Below are positions 54,562-64,000 of a DNA stretch of 64,000 nucleotides, piece after piece (position 1 is the first letter of the stretch; each line of letters opens with the position of its first letter). The position numbers and the translations under genes were made by a program. The stretch is from an uncultured Pseudomonadota bacterium. Lineage in GTDB: Bacteria; Babelota; Babeliae; Babelales; CAIQNR01. The notes under the pieces were generated by a model. The model saw only the letters and a list, made by a program, of their open reading frames with translations. It had not been told where the DNA came from and searched no databases. Location: positions 4,291-68,290 of the forward strand of contig CAYSQM010000007.1 in assembly GCA_964433415.1 (NCBI GenBank), written 5' to 3'.

Positions 54562-57500
54562 ATGAAAAATTTAAAAAATACAAAATTGGGACTCATTTTT
54601 TTTGCAGTCAGTCTCTTTTCTTTTATTGCCATTAATAATATCTCAGTTGCAATGGAAGGTGAACTAGGAGAAGCCTTTGGTGGGATGGATGTTGAAGCGC
54701 TGGGCAAAGAATTTAGTGAAGCTGCAGCAAATGCTGAAGAATTTGTTGATAAAGCTGCACAAGAAGGTAACGAATTTACTAGTAATAAAAACGTTGAACA
54801 GGAATTAGCGAACGCGCAAGAAGGTTTGCAGAGCCAGTCAGCTGTTAGCCCAGAAGATTCAGTTTCGTTTTCAAGTGGCGGTGACAGTGTTATGAGTAGA
54901 AGTATTAGTAAAGATAGTTTTTCTGACTTTCCACCACCGTCACCTCATATGACTGAGTCAGCAGGGTTGGTTCAAGAACAAACACCTATGCAAACAAAAG
55001 CTATTAATCAAACTACAGTAGAAACAAACACCCCACGATTAAATAACATGTCAGATCCAGTTGAGCCTGTTGCTAAAACAACAGATGCAGTAGGTGATGC
55101 TTTATTAAAAAAGGGACAAGCAGCTTTAGACGTTAAATCTACTACAGCTGATCTTGAAACGGCAAATGCGCAATTAAAAGATGCAAGTAATGCCCTAAAA
55201 GAAGCAAAAAGTAGTGGGGATCCTGATGCTATTTCTACTGCAAATAAAAATTATCAAGATGCCCTTGAGCAACAAGGTAAAGCTTTAGATGCGCAAGCTT
55301 CTGCTAAAGCCGCATTAAAAGATGCTGGCGCACAAGCGAGTTCTGCAAATGCTCATAATACAGACAGTTTGGCAAAGCAAGCATCAGAACTTAAGTCTCA
55401 AATGGGATCTAAATTAGAAAATGCTAAAAGTAGTCTTGAAGCAGCTCAATCTGATTTAGAGGCTTTTGAACAAACAAAACCAAATGAAGCTGATTATGAA
55501 AAAAATGATGATAATAATGCTTGGATTAAAGCTAATGATGAGTATGAAGAAGGTTTGCAATCAAAGCAAGCTGCCGTTGAAAAGGCTCAAGGAGAAGTTG
55601 AGTCAGCTCAGAAAAATTATGATGCAGCGTCTAAGGCAGCAGAAGGTAAATCATTTGCTGCTAAAGCATGGGATTTTGCAAAAGGAAAACTTGAATTTAT
55701 TGCAGAACAACTTGTACAAAGTGTTTTATTTTCTATAGTTCCAGAAATTTTTCAACAATTAAGTCAAACTTTACAAAATAAAGCTTTATATGCAGATATC
55801 ACAAGTGTCAAAACATTTGCGGGTATTAATATGAAAATACCTTCTGGTTTAGTGCCAAGTGAAAATCCTTTAGGTGGATTATTTATTTATTATGATGTGC
55901 AGCCAGGAAGTAAAATTACCAATGCCTACTTACGTGACCCAAATCGCCGTTGGTTTGTTTCTTATGATCCAACAGGATTTGCTGAACCTGGAACTTATTA
56001 TATAGGTGCAAGTAATTTTCCAGACTCTATGTTGGAATTGAGTACAGGCCTTATCTTTGATGCGTCTGGTTCTGTAGTCTATCCTTCATATAGCCCAAGT
56101 CAATCAATGCCATTTACTATGCCAACATCATTACTTTTTAATGATACGAGTACTGTTTCCAATACTGCATTATGGAGTTCTTCACCTAAAATGTCTATTG
56201 AAGCTGCTTTAAATGGGCTTACTACAAGTGTTAATGGTTCTTCTAAGAGCTCTAGTTATGGTAGTCTTGATCCTGTTAACATTTTCTTTGGTGGAGCAGG
56301 TTCTTATGATACAGGCCCAGATTCTAATAGTAATCTTAAGTATTTATTTACTACCCCGTCTTATTATTCAGCTAATCTTTCTTATCCTCCAATAATGCAT
56401 TCTACTCTTTTACAATATGTAACTCCTACAGAAAATGCATTAACTAATTTTGGACAACCTGCTGTGGGGCAAGTCCAAGGGGTGGCAATTTCTTTACAAG
56501 AATTAGCTGGGTTAGGAGATTTAGCAGAAATTTTTGGGGCAGCTTATTTTAATATATTTATTAACCAATCATCTTCTTTAAGTCCAGCAGATTCAGCTGC
56601 TTATTCTGCTAAATTAAAGAATTTTTATGAAGGTCTTGCGGCATTAAGATATGTTGATCCAGCAAAAGTTACCGATCCAAATGCACAGTTAGTAGGTACC
56701 ACTTTAGAATTAACAAATAGTGCATCTTTGGATCATTTAATTTCTTCTTTAACAACTGCTACTGCTCAGAATACTAATGGTTTTGATCCGCGAGATCATT
56801 TGATTGCTCACGGTCTTCCAATTTATCAAACGGATAGCACTCCAACTGCACAATTTTTAAAAGATTTTGTATCAGCTACTTCAAGTTCTGTTTTGGCAAA
56901 ATATGTACATGATATAGTAGTTCCTCTTGATACTAATAAAATGCCTACTTTAGCAATGATTCCTACTGTTACTAATGGGTCAGTCAGTTTTCAAGCAAAT
57001 CCAGCTGTCCAATACATTACGAGTTTGGTTTCTGGTTTAACTTATCAGCAAAATAGTGGTTATAATATGCCGGTTCAAAGTCCTAATGGTGGTGCAGATA
57101 ACACAATAGCATCGTCTATTCTTAGTTATATAAGTACACCTTCAAAATGGCCAGTATCCATTTTGATTTCTCAACAAATTTCACAAATTCGTAGCTTGTT
57201 TAATACTGCAATTACAGAAGGCCCTTTTAATTTAAGTGGTGGACTTCAAGCGTATCGCGTTTCTCTACCTGCAATGTTAAATGCAGTAGTAGATGGAGTT
57301 ACTAATCAATCTTTAGTTAATAATTGGATTGGTAATGTAGCTGAACAGATACCAAATACAGCATCCTTTCCTGATTTTAATCAAAAAATGGCCTTGTTAG
57401 CAGATGCGTTTGTATATACTATTCCTAATGCATTGCAAGGTATTGCTTCTGATGGGGTGACTGTTATTTCTTTACCTGATTATGTGGTACCTATTATGCA

Positions 57501-60500
57501 AGATTTAGTGAATAAAGATTGTTATTTGATGGTGCCATTAGGTTGTCAGGCTTCCACTAATAGTATCGGTTTTGGAATGCCTAGTCAGCAAATATTTGGT
57601 TTGATAAGTTTGGTTACTTCTAAATTTTATAATCCTGATTATACATTAAAAAATGATCCAGTAGCTGATTCTTTAAAAATTGGAAATCCTCCTTCATTGC
57701 CTACAGTTTTAGGAACAGCATTTGTAGAAACTGATTTTAATCCATTAAACTTTACCAATACAGGTACTAAATCTAGCCCTGTATATACTCCTCTTAGCCC
57801 CTATATTGTTACTATTCCATCATTGTATTTCTTAAATCTGAATGCTTTTTCATTTTCTTTTGGATTGCTTCCTGTTCAATCAACAAGTTCAGAAGCAGGT
57901 ACATCATCTGCTGGGGCTACTTTTATTACCATTGGAGGAGGAAAGCCAGCTCCTTTAGGTATTCCTTTAAATATGTTGCTTCCTCAAGGGTTTACTGGTA
58001 TTGCTCCTAATTCAAATTCTCTTAATAGTACTATTCCTGGGTCTTCTACTCCTTCTACGGGGGTGACATCTTATACTAATGCACAATTGGTTTCTGCAGA
58101 AAGTGGAAATTTACCAAGTGTGAGTGCAGTACACGCTTCATGGTTTACTTATATGAATAGTATAAGTGCAGGTTCAATTATGTTAGAACTTGATCCTCAG
58201 TATATTTGTAATAATAATGGGTATTCAGATTGGACAATTACTGCTACTAATATTGCCGATGTTAAGAATGGTAATTATTTCTATACCACTAATCAAACTT
58301 CAGGACTATACGTATTAGCTACTTATGGAAATGGTGGTACTACTACTTCAGTAAATATTTCTGGAAAATCTGTGTCATTAAGTGATTTTTCTGGAATTGG
58401 TGCAAATTTTAGTGAAGCAGCAAGTAGTAATGCTTTAATTGATGTAGGAACAGGTTCGGTATTAGTTATAGTTCCTGGATCAAGTTCTTCTACTACCACT
58501 ATGGCTCCTTTAATGCGTTATTCTGTAGCTAGTGGTACTAATTCTCCAGCATTATTAGCTCCTATTTTATTAGATCCACAAGCAGTTACTGCACTTGCTT
58601 TAAAAAATCAACAAACAAATGCTGAAAGTAAAGCTCCTTCTGCTCAATTATTGTCACGTATAGCTTCTTCTCAAGGAAATAGCACGAATACTACAGTAAT
58701 GGGTCCTTATTCTTATGCTGGATATTCTTTGACTGTTGATAGACAGTTGTATAATGATGGAAATTATATTTACACAGCTAAAGATTCAACTGGTGCCATT
58801 AAAGACTACCTCATAACTTATGATTCTTCATCAACTCAAGTATATAATAAACCATTTTCTATCAATTCAAAAATGGTAAGTATGTTGAATGGAAGATTGT
58901 TTAGTGCGTCAGGAGTAAATAGTAGCACTAATGGTGGGATATTCTTTGGAATAAATAATTTTGATCTTTCAAAAGCTCCTGAAACGTGTGAAGGTTTAGT
59001 TGTAGGAGTAAGTGGTGTTCAAATTAATTCAATAACAGAACCAACTATTATAAATGATATTGCAACTCTTGCAGCAACGGTAAATAATGAGGTTATTAAT
59101 CAAAGTAATATTATAGATGATTCTGAAGCTATTGAAGATAAAGTTTTTGCTCTAGCGCAAAAATTACATATTCCTTATGCTGCTCTTAATTCTACACAAC
59201 CTATTGCGAGCATTATTGGTCAATCTGTCCAATTTAATGAAGAAAATGGTATTCTTACGGGGCAATTAGTTCAAGATACTAATGGGCAATTTTATTTACG
59301 TTCAGCAATTCCTACTGGTACGTCTTCAGTTAATGGCGCAACCTTAGCTTATTCATATTATCAATTTGATATTTCACAGTTGCCATCTGCAAAAACTTTA
59401 GATAAAAATAAAATTTTGCAAATGCCAACCGGTGTTTTTTATGATCAAAATGGTAAAGCAACTTCTGTATTAGTTGGTAATGCTGCTTTAAAAATGCTAT
59501 CAGCATATGGTCTTGTTATTGCGCCTTCTAATCAGTTAACGCTTGGTCTTCCACTAGTCAGACAATCGTTGCCAATGACCGTAAGTGACTATAATGTTGA
59601 AAGTAATAGTTCTGCTTTATTAAATGGGGGAAATGGATTATTAATGCAAAGACTTCCAGGAACTTCTGTTATTAGTGGTTCTTCAGCTGATTATTATTTT
59701 TATAAAAATATTTTCCATGCAGGAGCATCAGCAGCACAGTTGGAAGCAGCTGAAAATAATGCGTATGGGGCTTATAACGATCCTTATTCTCCTTATGATC
59801 TTCTATTGCAAGTTAATCCAAAAGTTAATCCTCAAGCACCTTCAATTCCTGCAGGGGATCCTTATTTTGCAAGTCTTTTAACAGGAATTACTTATGGAAT
59901 GGATGGAACGCAACTTTATGAAAATTGTGAACTATATTTCCAAAATATAGGAAATTCTTCATCTGCTCCTGCTTCAAACTTGCCATTAATAGTCTGGGGT
60001 GATGGAATTGCTAATACTCAAGCGATATTAGGTTCAAGTGATATTTCAATGGTAGATGGTATTCAAGTAGAAGGTACTGATTTTGTTAATTTTAATACTT
60101 ATCAAATCGATCCTTTTGGATGGTCTTTTGAATATGTTTCTCCATCTGATGCTTCTAATAATCCAGTAATTTATACGCTTACTTATCAAGATCCAAGTTA
60201 TTATTTAAGCGCGGGTAATCCAGGTTTTTCATTCCAAGCATACCCTCCAACTGCCGTACCTAATAGTGAAGGCGAGTATATTTCTCAACTTACGGATTCA
60301 AAAGGGAATGTCACTTATGTTATAGAAAATAGTGATGGTGAAAATACACCATTAATTCCAGGGCAAATCTTTAAAGTTGACTCTAATGGGGCACTTATTG
60401 CAACCTATGGAGAAACTGCAGTTATTCCTTCTGTAAGCTCAGCATTGTCTCTTGCTGATAATAATACAGCAGTGCTTTCTGCAATATGTAATGCTGTAGC

Positions 60501-62835
60501 AGAAAGTATGTATGAAGCATTAACTACTGGTCGTGGAGCTAATAATCCATTACCTACTCTTGGAACAGTCTATAAAATTTCAACAGGTCCTAATCCTACA
60601 GTACTTAAATCATATTATTTAAATGGCACACCAAATGCACCGGTATTTGATAAAAGTAGTTTTTCTGCTGGAGATATTGATGTAAGTACTGATGGTTCTT
60701 TTGCTACAACTATTATTAATCAAGGATATATTAATCTTGTTTTAGCCAATATGCAGGCTGCTCAGGCTGAAAATTCTACCACTGGCACAGTGTTTGTTGT
60801 ACCAAGTGTAGCAGGTTCAGCTTTACCATCTCCGCTTAAAGCGTCTTATAGCATGCAATTAACAACTCCAGCTGGTTCAAGCGCTCCAACTTTAACGCAA
60901 ATTGCAGGAGCTGCTGCTCAAAACATGATAAATGCTTTAAATGATGCAAATAGTGCAAAATTAGCTCAGTCACGTAAATTGATGAATATGACTAGTGTAA
61001 TTAAGTATGGATCTACTCTTGAAAAAATTTTATTAGCTCAAGATAGTTTAGGGGTATACAGTATGTATCAATCTAATCTTCTTACTAATAATGGATCTGC
61101 CTTAGCTACCTATAGTTTACAACCTTCTGAGTTATGGAAAGCAAATATTTTAAGCTTTGTCGGAACGCGTCCTAGCTCAGCAGCAGTAGGTACATTGCCA
61201 GTTTATGATCAAACTAATGTTTATAATAATACTGTCTTAATAGAAAATGTATTAACAAAAACTTATGATACAATTATTTATGATAATTCAGTCTATCGCC
61301 CTGTAAAACCGGGTGGTGCTTTAGGAGTAGGATTAACTTCTGTTAATACCTTTAATATATTAGGTGCTTCAGCTCAACCTATACCAGAATCAACTCCAGT
61401 AACATATGCACCATTAGATTTTAGTAATACTGCAAGTGGTCTTTCTACTAATGCATCCGATTATATTACCTTAAATATAAAAAACTATGGTGATTTATTA
61501 AATCCTGGGAAGCTTCCTCCAATACAGTATACTGATTCAAATGGTAATTTAGTTAATATTTGGCCACAAAGTATGCCTGGGTTATTGTTAAATGATGCAA
61601 AATACGTAAGTATTAATGCTCCGTTTAATGCAACTGGGCCTCAATATAGCAATGGTAAATTTGTACCAAATCCAACTGAATGGATTTTCCAATATGTGTA
61701 TCCATTAGTTGATCAGAACGCTATACCTGATTTATTAGGCTCGCTTAATATTGCATTGGTAGGTTCAACAAGCGGTATAATAACTCCCGTTATGACTCTT
61801 CCTGTTAATAATGGAGCTATTGCTTTAAATAGTATTGCAGCATCTCCTAGTGATGGTGGTCAAGCGCTTGCATTGGCTGCAATAAATAGTTCTTATAGTA
61901 CGGCAACAACAAATACAACAACTGCTCAAAATAATTTAAATGCTTTAATTGCAGAAGTTAATGCTGATGCTACAAGTGCAGTTCAATCAGCTATTCCACA
62001 AATTCAAACGGGTGGAACATGTCCAGCAGGAACAATGCCAGTTTCTATTGCAGGTGCAAGAGGTCCAGCACAAACATATTGTGTTCCTGCAACGGCATTA
62101 TCTTTAGTTGGGGGTACTACCAATGCTAATAAAAACACGAATAGCAATACTAGTGGAATTAGTTTAAATCAAAATAAAACTGTTTCACAACTTCAATCTG
62201 GTGTAGCGAATGCACAAAAAACGTTAGCTAATTTACAGTCGAACTTAACTGCAGTAACAACTCCATCTACCGGTCTTCTTGCTTCTCGTTCTGCCAGTCG
62301 TATGGCATTTTTAAATAATCTTTATTATAGAACGGTAACATCAGTTAATGAAAGTGGTAATTCTCCTTCTACTGTAGCTATTTTATATTATAAAGTGGAT
62401 GCAAACACATTAAGTCAGTTATCTGCTACTACTAATGCAACTATTGGGTGTTATATTGAATATCCAATAGGTACGCAAGAAGCTGGGTATATTTATAATG
62501 GTATTGCTCCAACAGCTGATCAACTTGATTTGGCAGGAAAACCTATACCACCAGCAATTGCTTTAGGTGAGCCAACAGGTGCATCATTGTCTTCAGCTGA
62601 TATGATAACATTAAAGAGTCTTGTGGGGACAACGCTTCTTTTAAACTCATCAGGAGTTCCTGTTTCTGCATTAATACCAGATCCTTCTCAAAATAGTATT
62701 ATTACTTTGACTGCTGGTAATAGTCTTTTCAATAATTATTTCTACTTTGGTGATTTATTACCTGGTGGGTCTGCTTTTGTTGCTCCATCGGTATCGGCTC
62801 CATTATTAGGGGGTTTGAGTAGTCCTTCAAAGTAA
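54562..62835 (+). CDS. Giant (about 2,757 aa) secreted or surface protein with no recognised domains
   Basis: A GGAGAG Shine-Dalgarno lies 8-9 nt before the ATG at 54562 (the track starts at the TTG at 54547). The protein has a signal/anchor (LGLIFFAVSLFSFIAINNISVA), an A/K/Q/E coiled-coil-like region of about 220 aa, then more than 2,000 aa rich in S/T/N/G/P/Y. A terminator follows. Confidence 0.7.
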   Translation: MKNLKNTKLGLIFFAVSLFSFIAINNISVAMEGELGEAFGGMDVEALGKEFSEAAANAEEFVDKAAQEGNEFTSNKNVEQELANAQEGLQSQSAVSPEDSVSFSSGGDSVMSRSISKDSFSDFPPPSPHMTESAGLVQEQTPMQTKAINQTTVETNTPRLNNMSDPVEPVAKTTDAVGDALLKKGQAALDVKSTTADLETANAQLKDASNALKEAKSSGDPDAISTANKNYQDALEQQGKALDAQASAKAALKDAGAQASSANAHNTDSLAKQASELKSQMGSKLENAKSSLEAAQSDLEAFEQTKPNEADYEKNDDNNAWIKANDEYEEGLQSKQAAVEKAQGEVESAQKNYDAASKAAEGKSFAAKAWDFAKGKLEFIAEQLVQSVLFSIVPEIFQQLSQTLQNKALYADITSVKTFAGINMKIPSGLVPSENPLGGLFIYYDVQPGSKITNAYLRDPNRRWFVSYDPTGFAEPGTYYIGASNFPDSMLELSTGLIFDASGSVVYPSYSPSQSMPFTMPTSLLFNDTSTVSNTALWSSSPKMSIEAALNGLTTSVNGSSKSSSYGSLDPVNIFFGGAGSYDTGPDSNSNLKYLFTTPSYYSANLSYPPIMHSTLLQYVTPTENALTNFGQPAVGQVQGVAISLQELAGLGDLAEIFGAAYFNIFINQSSSLSPADSAAYSAKLKNFYEGLAALRYVDPAKVTDPNAQLVGTTLELTNSASLDHLISSLTTATAQNTNGFDPRDHLIAHGLPIYQTDSTPTAQFLKDFVSATSSSVLAKYVHDIVVPLDTNKMPTLAMIPTVTNGSVSFQANPAVQYITSLVSGLTYQQNSGYNMPVQSPNGGADNTIASSILSYISTPSKWPVSILISQQISQIRSLFNTAITEGPFNLSGGLQAYRVSLPAMLNAVVDGVTNQSLVNNWIGNVAEQIPNTASFPDFNQKMALLADAFVYTIPNALQGIASDGVTVISLPDYVVPIMQDLVNKDCYLMVPLGCQASTNSIGFGMPSQQIFGLISLVTSKFYNPDYTLKNDPVADSLKIGNPPSLPTVLGTAFVETDFNPLNFTNTGTKSSPVYTPLSPYIVTIPSLYFLNLNAFSFSFGLLPVQSTSSEAGTSSAGATFITIGGGKPAPLGIPLNMLLPQGFTGIAPNSNSLNSTIPGSSTPSTGVTSYTNAQLVSAESGNLPSVSAVHASWFTYMNSISAGSIMLELDPQYICNNNGYSDWTITATNIADVKNGNYFYTTNQTSGLYVLATYGNGGTTTSVNISGKSVSLSDFSGIGANFSEAASSNALIDVGTGSVLVIVPGSSSSTTTMAPLMRYSVASGTNSPALLAPILLDPQAVTALALKNQQTNAESKAPSAQLLSRIASSQGNSTNTTVMGPYSYAGYSLTVDRQLYNDGNYIYTAKDSTGAIKDYLITYDSSSTQVYNKPFSINSKMVSMLNGRLFSASGVNSSTNGGIFFGINNFDLSKAPETCEGLVVGVSGVQINSITEPTIINDIATLAATVNNEVINQSNIIDDSEAIEDKVFALAQKLHIPYAALNSTQPIASIIGQSVQFNEENGILTGQLVQDTNGQFYLRSAIPTGTSSVNGATLAYSYYQFDISQLPSAKTLDKNKILQMPTGVFYDQNGKATSVLVGNAALKMLSAYGLVIAPSNQLTLGLPLVRQSLPMTVSDYNVESNSSALLNGGNGLLMQRLPGTSVISGSSADYYFYKNIFHAGASAAQLEAAENNAYGAYNDPYSPYDLLLQVNPKVNPQAPSIPAGDPYFASLLTGITYGMDGTQLYENCELYFQNIGNSSSAPASNLPLIVWGDGIANTQAILGSSDISMVDGIQVEGTDFVNFNTYQIDPFGWSFEYVSPSDASNNPVIYTLTYQDPSYYLSAGNPGFSFQAYPPTAVPNSEGEYISQLTDSKGNVTYVIENSDGENTPLIPGQIFKVDSNGALIATYGETAVIPSVSSALSLADNNTAVLSAICNAVAESMYEALTTGRGANNPLPTLGTVYKISTGPNPTVLKSYYLNGTPNAPVFDKSSFSAGDIDVSTDGSFATTIINQGYINLVLANMQAAQAENSTTGTVFVVPSVAGSALPSPLKASYSMQLTTPAGSSAPTLTQIAGAAAQNMINALNDANSAKLAQSRKLMNMTSVIKYGSTLEKILLAQDSLGVYSMYQSNLLTNNGSALATYSLQPSELWKANILSFVGTRPSSAAVGTLPVYDQTNVYNNTVLIENVLTKTYDTIIYDNSVYRPVKPGGALGVGLTSVNTFNILGASAQPIPESTPVTYAPLDFSNTASGLSTNASDYITLNIKNYGDLLNPGKLPPIQYTDSNGNLVNIWPQSMPGLLLNDAKYVSINAPFNATGPQYSNGKFVPNPTEWIFQYVYPLVDQNAIPDLLGSLNIALVGSTSGIITPVMTLPVNNGAIALNSIAASPSDGGQALALAAINSSYSTATTNTTTAQNNLNALIAEVNADATSAVQSAIPQIQTGGTCPAGTMPVSIAGARGPAQTYCVPATALSLVGGTTNANKNTNSNTSGISLNQNKTVSQLQSGVANAQKTLANLQSNLTAVTTPSTGLLASRSASRMAFLNNLYYRTVTSVNESGNSPSTVAILYYKVDANTLSQLSATTNATIGCYIEYPIGTQEAGYIYNGIAPTADQLDLAGKPIPPAIALGEPTGASLSSADMITLKSLVGTTLLLNSSGVPVSALIPDPSQNSIITLTAGNSLFNNYFYFGDLLPGGSAFVAPSVSAPLLGGLSSPSK

Positions 62836-62861
62836 TTTTTTAGAAACTTTTTAAGGTGAAA

Positions 62862-62888
62862 AAAGGCATGAGAAATCGTGCCTTTTTT
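62862..62888 (+). terminator. Rho-independent terminator of the giant gene
   Basis: The stem aaggcatga/tcgtgcctt (one G-U pair) encloses a short loop and is followed by TTTTTT. Confidence 0.65.
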
Positions 62889-62988
62889 ACTTCTTACTAG
62901 CTTTATGTTAAGGTGCATTAATATAATAATTTTTAAAATAGTGTGGTTAATGTCATGTACATAATAGTTAGAAGGTAAGGGCTTTTCT

Positions 62989-64000
62989 ATGGTTAAATGT
63001 ACCGTAAACAGTAAACCAATGTTAACACAAAAAGCGGATGCGTTTTTGTTTTTTGTAAAAGAAGGTTTTAAGTTCGATAAAGAATATGAAGCATTAGCAA
63101 AAGAATTTTTTCTACCATTAAAACAACAGATGGTAACAGGAAAATTTGAAGGTAAAAAAGGACAAAAGTTATCTATTCAAGGTGCTAATAAAGATGGCGT
63201 TAAATATCTTTTTTTTGTTGGTATAGGTGGTGGTAAAAAAGAAAAAGAATCTTATTTTAGTAGTATTGAGCAGTATCGACGTACTTTGGCAACTGCAGTA
63301 CGTATGGCAGAAGCTCAAAAGATAACATCAATTGCTTTTGAAGCACCAGATGCAGCGCTTTTTAAAACAACACTTGATGAACTTGCTCAAGCAACAGCTG
63401 TTAGTAGTTTAATGGCGTCTTATTGTTTTAATGAATTCATTACAAATAAAGATGATCAGTTAATTACTTTAAAAGAGTTGTTAATTACTGTTGATACAAA
63501 AAATGCAAAAGCATTTAAAGATGGTCTTGCAACTGGTATTATTATTGGTGAAGCAATTAACAAGACACGTCATTGGATAGATCTTCCTGCAAATCTTATG
63601 ACACCATACACTTTAGTAAAACATGCTAAAGAACTTGCAAAACAACATGGTCTAAAAGCAACTATTTTTGATGAAGCTAAGATAGAAGAGCTTGGCATGG
63701 GTGGTTTAAAAGCAGTTGGTATGGGTTCTCAGCATGATTCACATTTAATTATTCTTGAATACTCATGCAAGAAAAAGAATGCACCAACTATTGCTTTAGT
63801 TGGTAAAGGCATAACTTTTGATTCAGGTGGGCTTAATTTAAAACCAACTGGTTATATCGAAACTATGAAAGAAGATATGGCTGGTGCGGCAACAGTTATG
63901 AATGCAATTTCAGTACTTGCTCAACTTGAAGTGCCGGTAAATGTGGTAGCTCTTGCAGCTATTGCGGAAAATATGGTTAGTGGTGGTGCAAATCATCCTG
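62989..64000 (+). CDS. pepA: Leucyl aminopeptidase (M17), 3'-truncated by the window edge
   Basis: It is not in the ORF track because there is no stop within the window. My translation from the ATG at 62989 gives MVKCTVNSKPMLTQKADAFLFF...VGKGITFDSGGLNLKPTGYIETMKEDMAGAA, which contains the M17 signature. Confidence 0.88.
   Translation, partial: MVKCTVNSKPMLTQKADAFLFFVKEGFKFDKEYEALAKEFFLPLKQQMVTGKFEGKKGQKLSIQGANKDGVKYLFFVGIGGGKKEKESYFSSIEQYRRTLATAVRMAEAQKITSIAFEAPDAALFKTTLDELAQATAVSSLMASYCFNEFITNKDDQLITLKELLITVDTKNAKAFKDGLATGIIIGEAINKTRHWIDLPANLMTPYTLVKHAKELAKQHGLKATIFDEAKIEELGMGGLKAVGMGSQHDSHLIILEYSCKKKNAPTIALVGKGITFDSGGLNLKPTGYIETMKEDMAGAATVMNAISVLAQLEVPVNVVALAAIAENMVSGGANHP

Noticed and set aside
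55466-59881. Short ORFs in other frames inside the giant gene (55466..55738, 56213..56395, 59675..59881)
   Set aside because: They are nested within an uninterrupted 8.3-kb ORF, and their M/L/K/I-rich composition is an out-of-frame artefact.

Overview
This is a visibly AT-rich bacterial chromosomal window that uses the standard genetic code, since TAA, TAG and TGA all close long ORFs. I found no rRNA, tRNA, CRISPR array, transposase or prophage. The recognisable core genes are thrS, a XerC/D-type recombinase overlapping a class B PBP, rpsT-rpmB, an IMPase, ftsH, tolQ-tolR-tolA and a separated tolB, ychF, rplU, trkH-trkA, glyQS, psd-pssA, an NlpC/P60 hydrolase, an AmiC-like amidase, dnaA, pgk, lolC/E, rpiB, a TrxR-Trx fusion and pepA (3' truncated). 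Tol, Lol, beta-barrel OMP genes and peptidoglycan genes point to a diderm cell. Between these genes lie many orphan ORFs that carry signal peptides or lipoboxes, some with eukaryote-like features (typical-type LRR, H1-like K/A-rich protein, RGG/GY low-complexity region, PD40/WD40-like propeller, kinase-like fold). By inference only, this profile resembles a host-associated or intracellular lineage, and I cannot name the taxon from the sequence. The items most worth a second look are: (1) an uninterrupted 8.3-kb ORF (about 2,760 aa) with no recognisable domains; (2) two genes upstream of it, a second FtsH-family gene that keeps its AAA+ motifs but has lost the HEXXH protease site; (3) directly upstream of the giant ORF, a membrane-anchored TrxR-Trx fusion; (4) a polytopic-membrane protein ending in a degenerate sigma-54-activator (bEBP) module and a Fis-type HTH, with Walker A, Walker B and GAFTGA all lost; (5) an amiC-like amidase split in two at an A10 tract, which one extra A or a -1 slip would restore; (6) a tol cluster interrupted by an LRR gene and a tandem-repeat gene, with no adjacent pal; (7) dnaA in a non-canonical context. 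All family calls rest on motifs I read by eye and recalled from memory; no searches were run.
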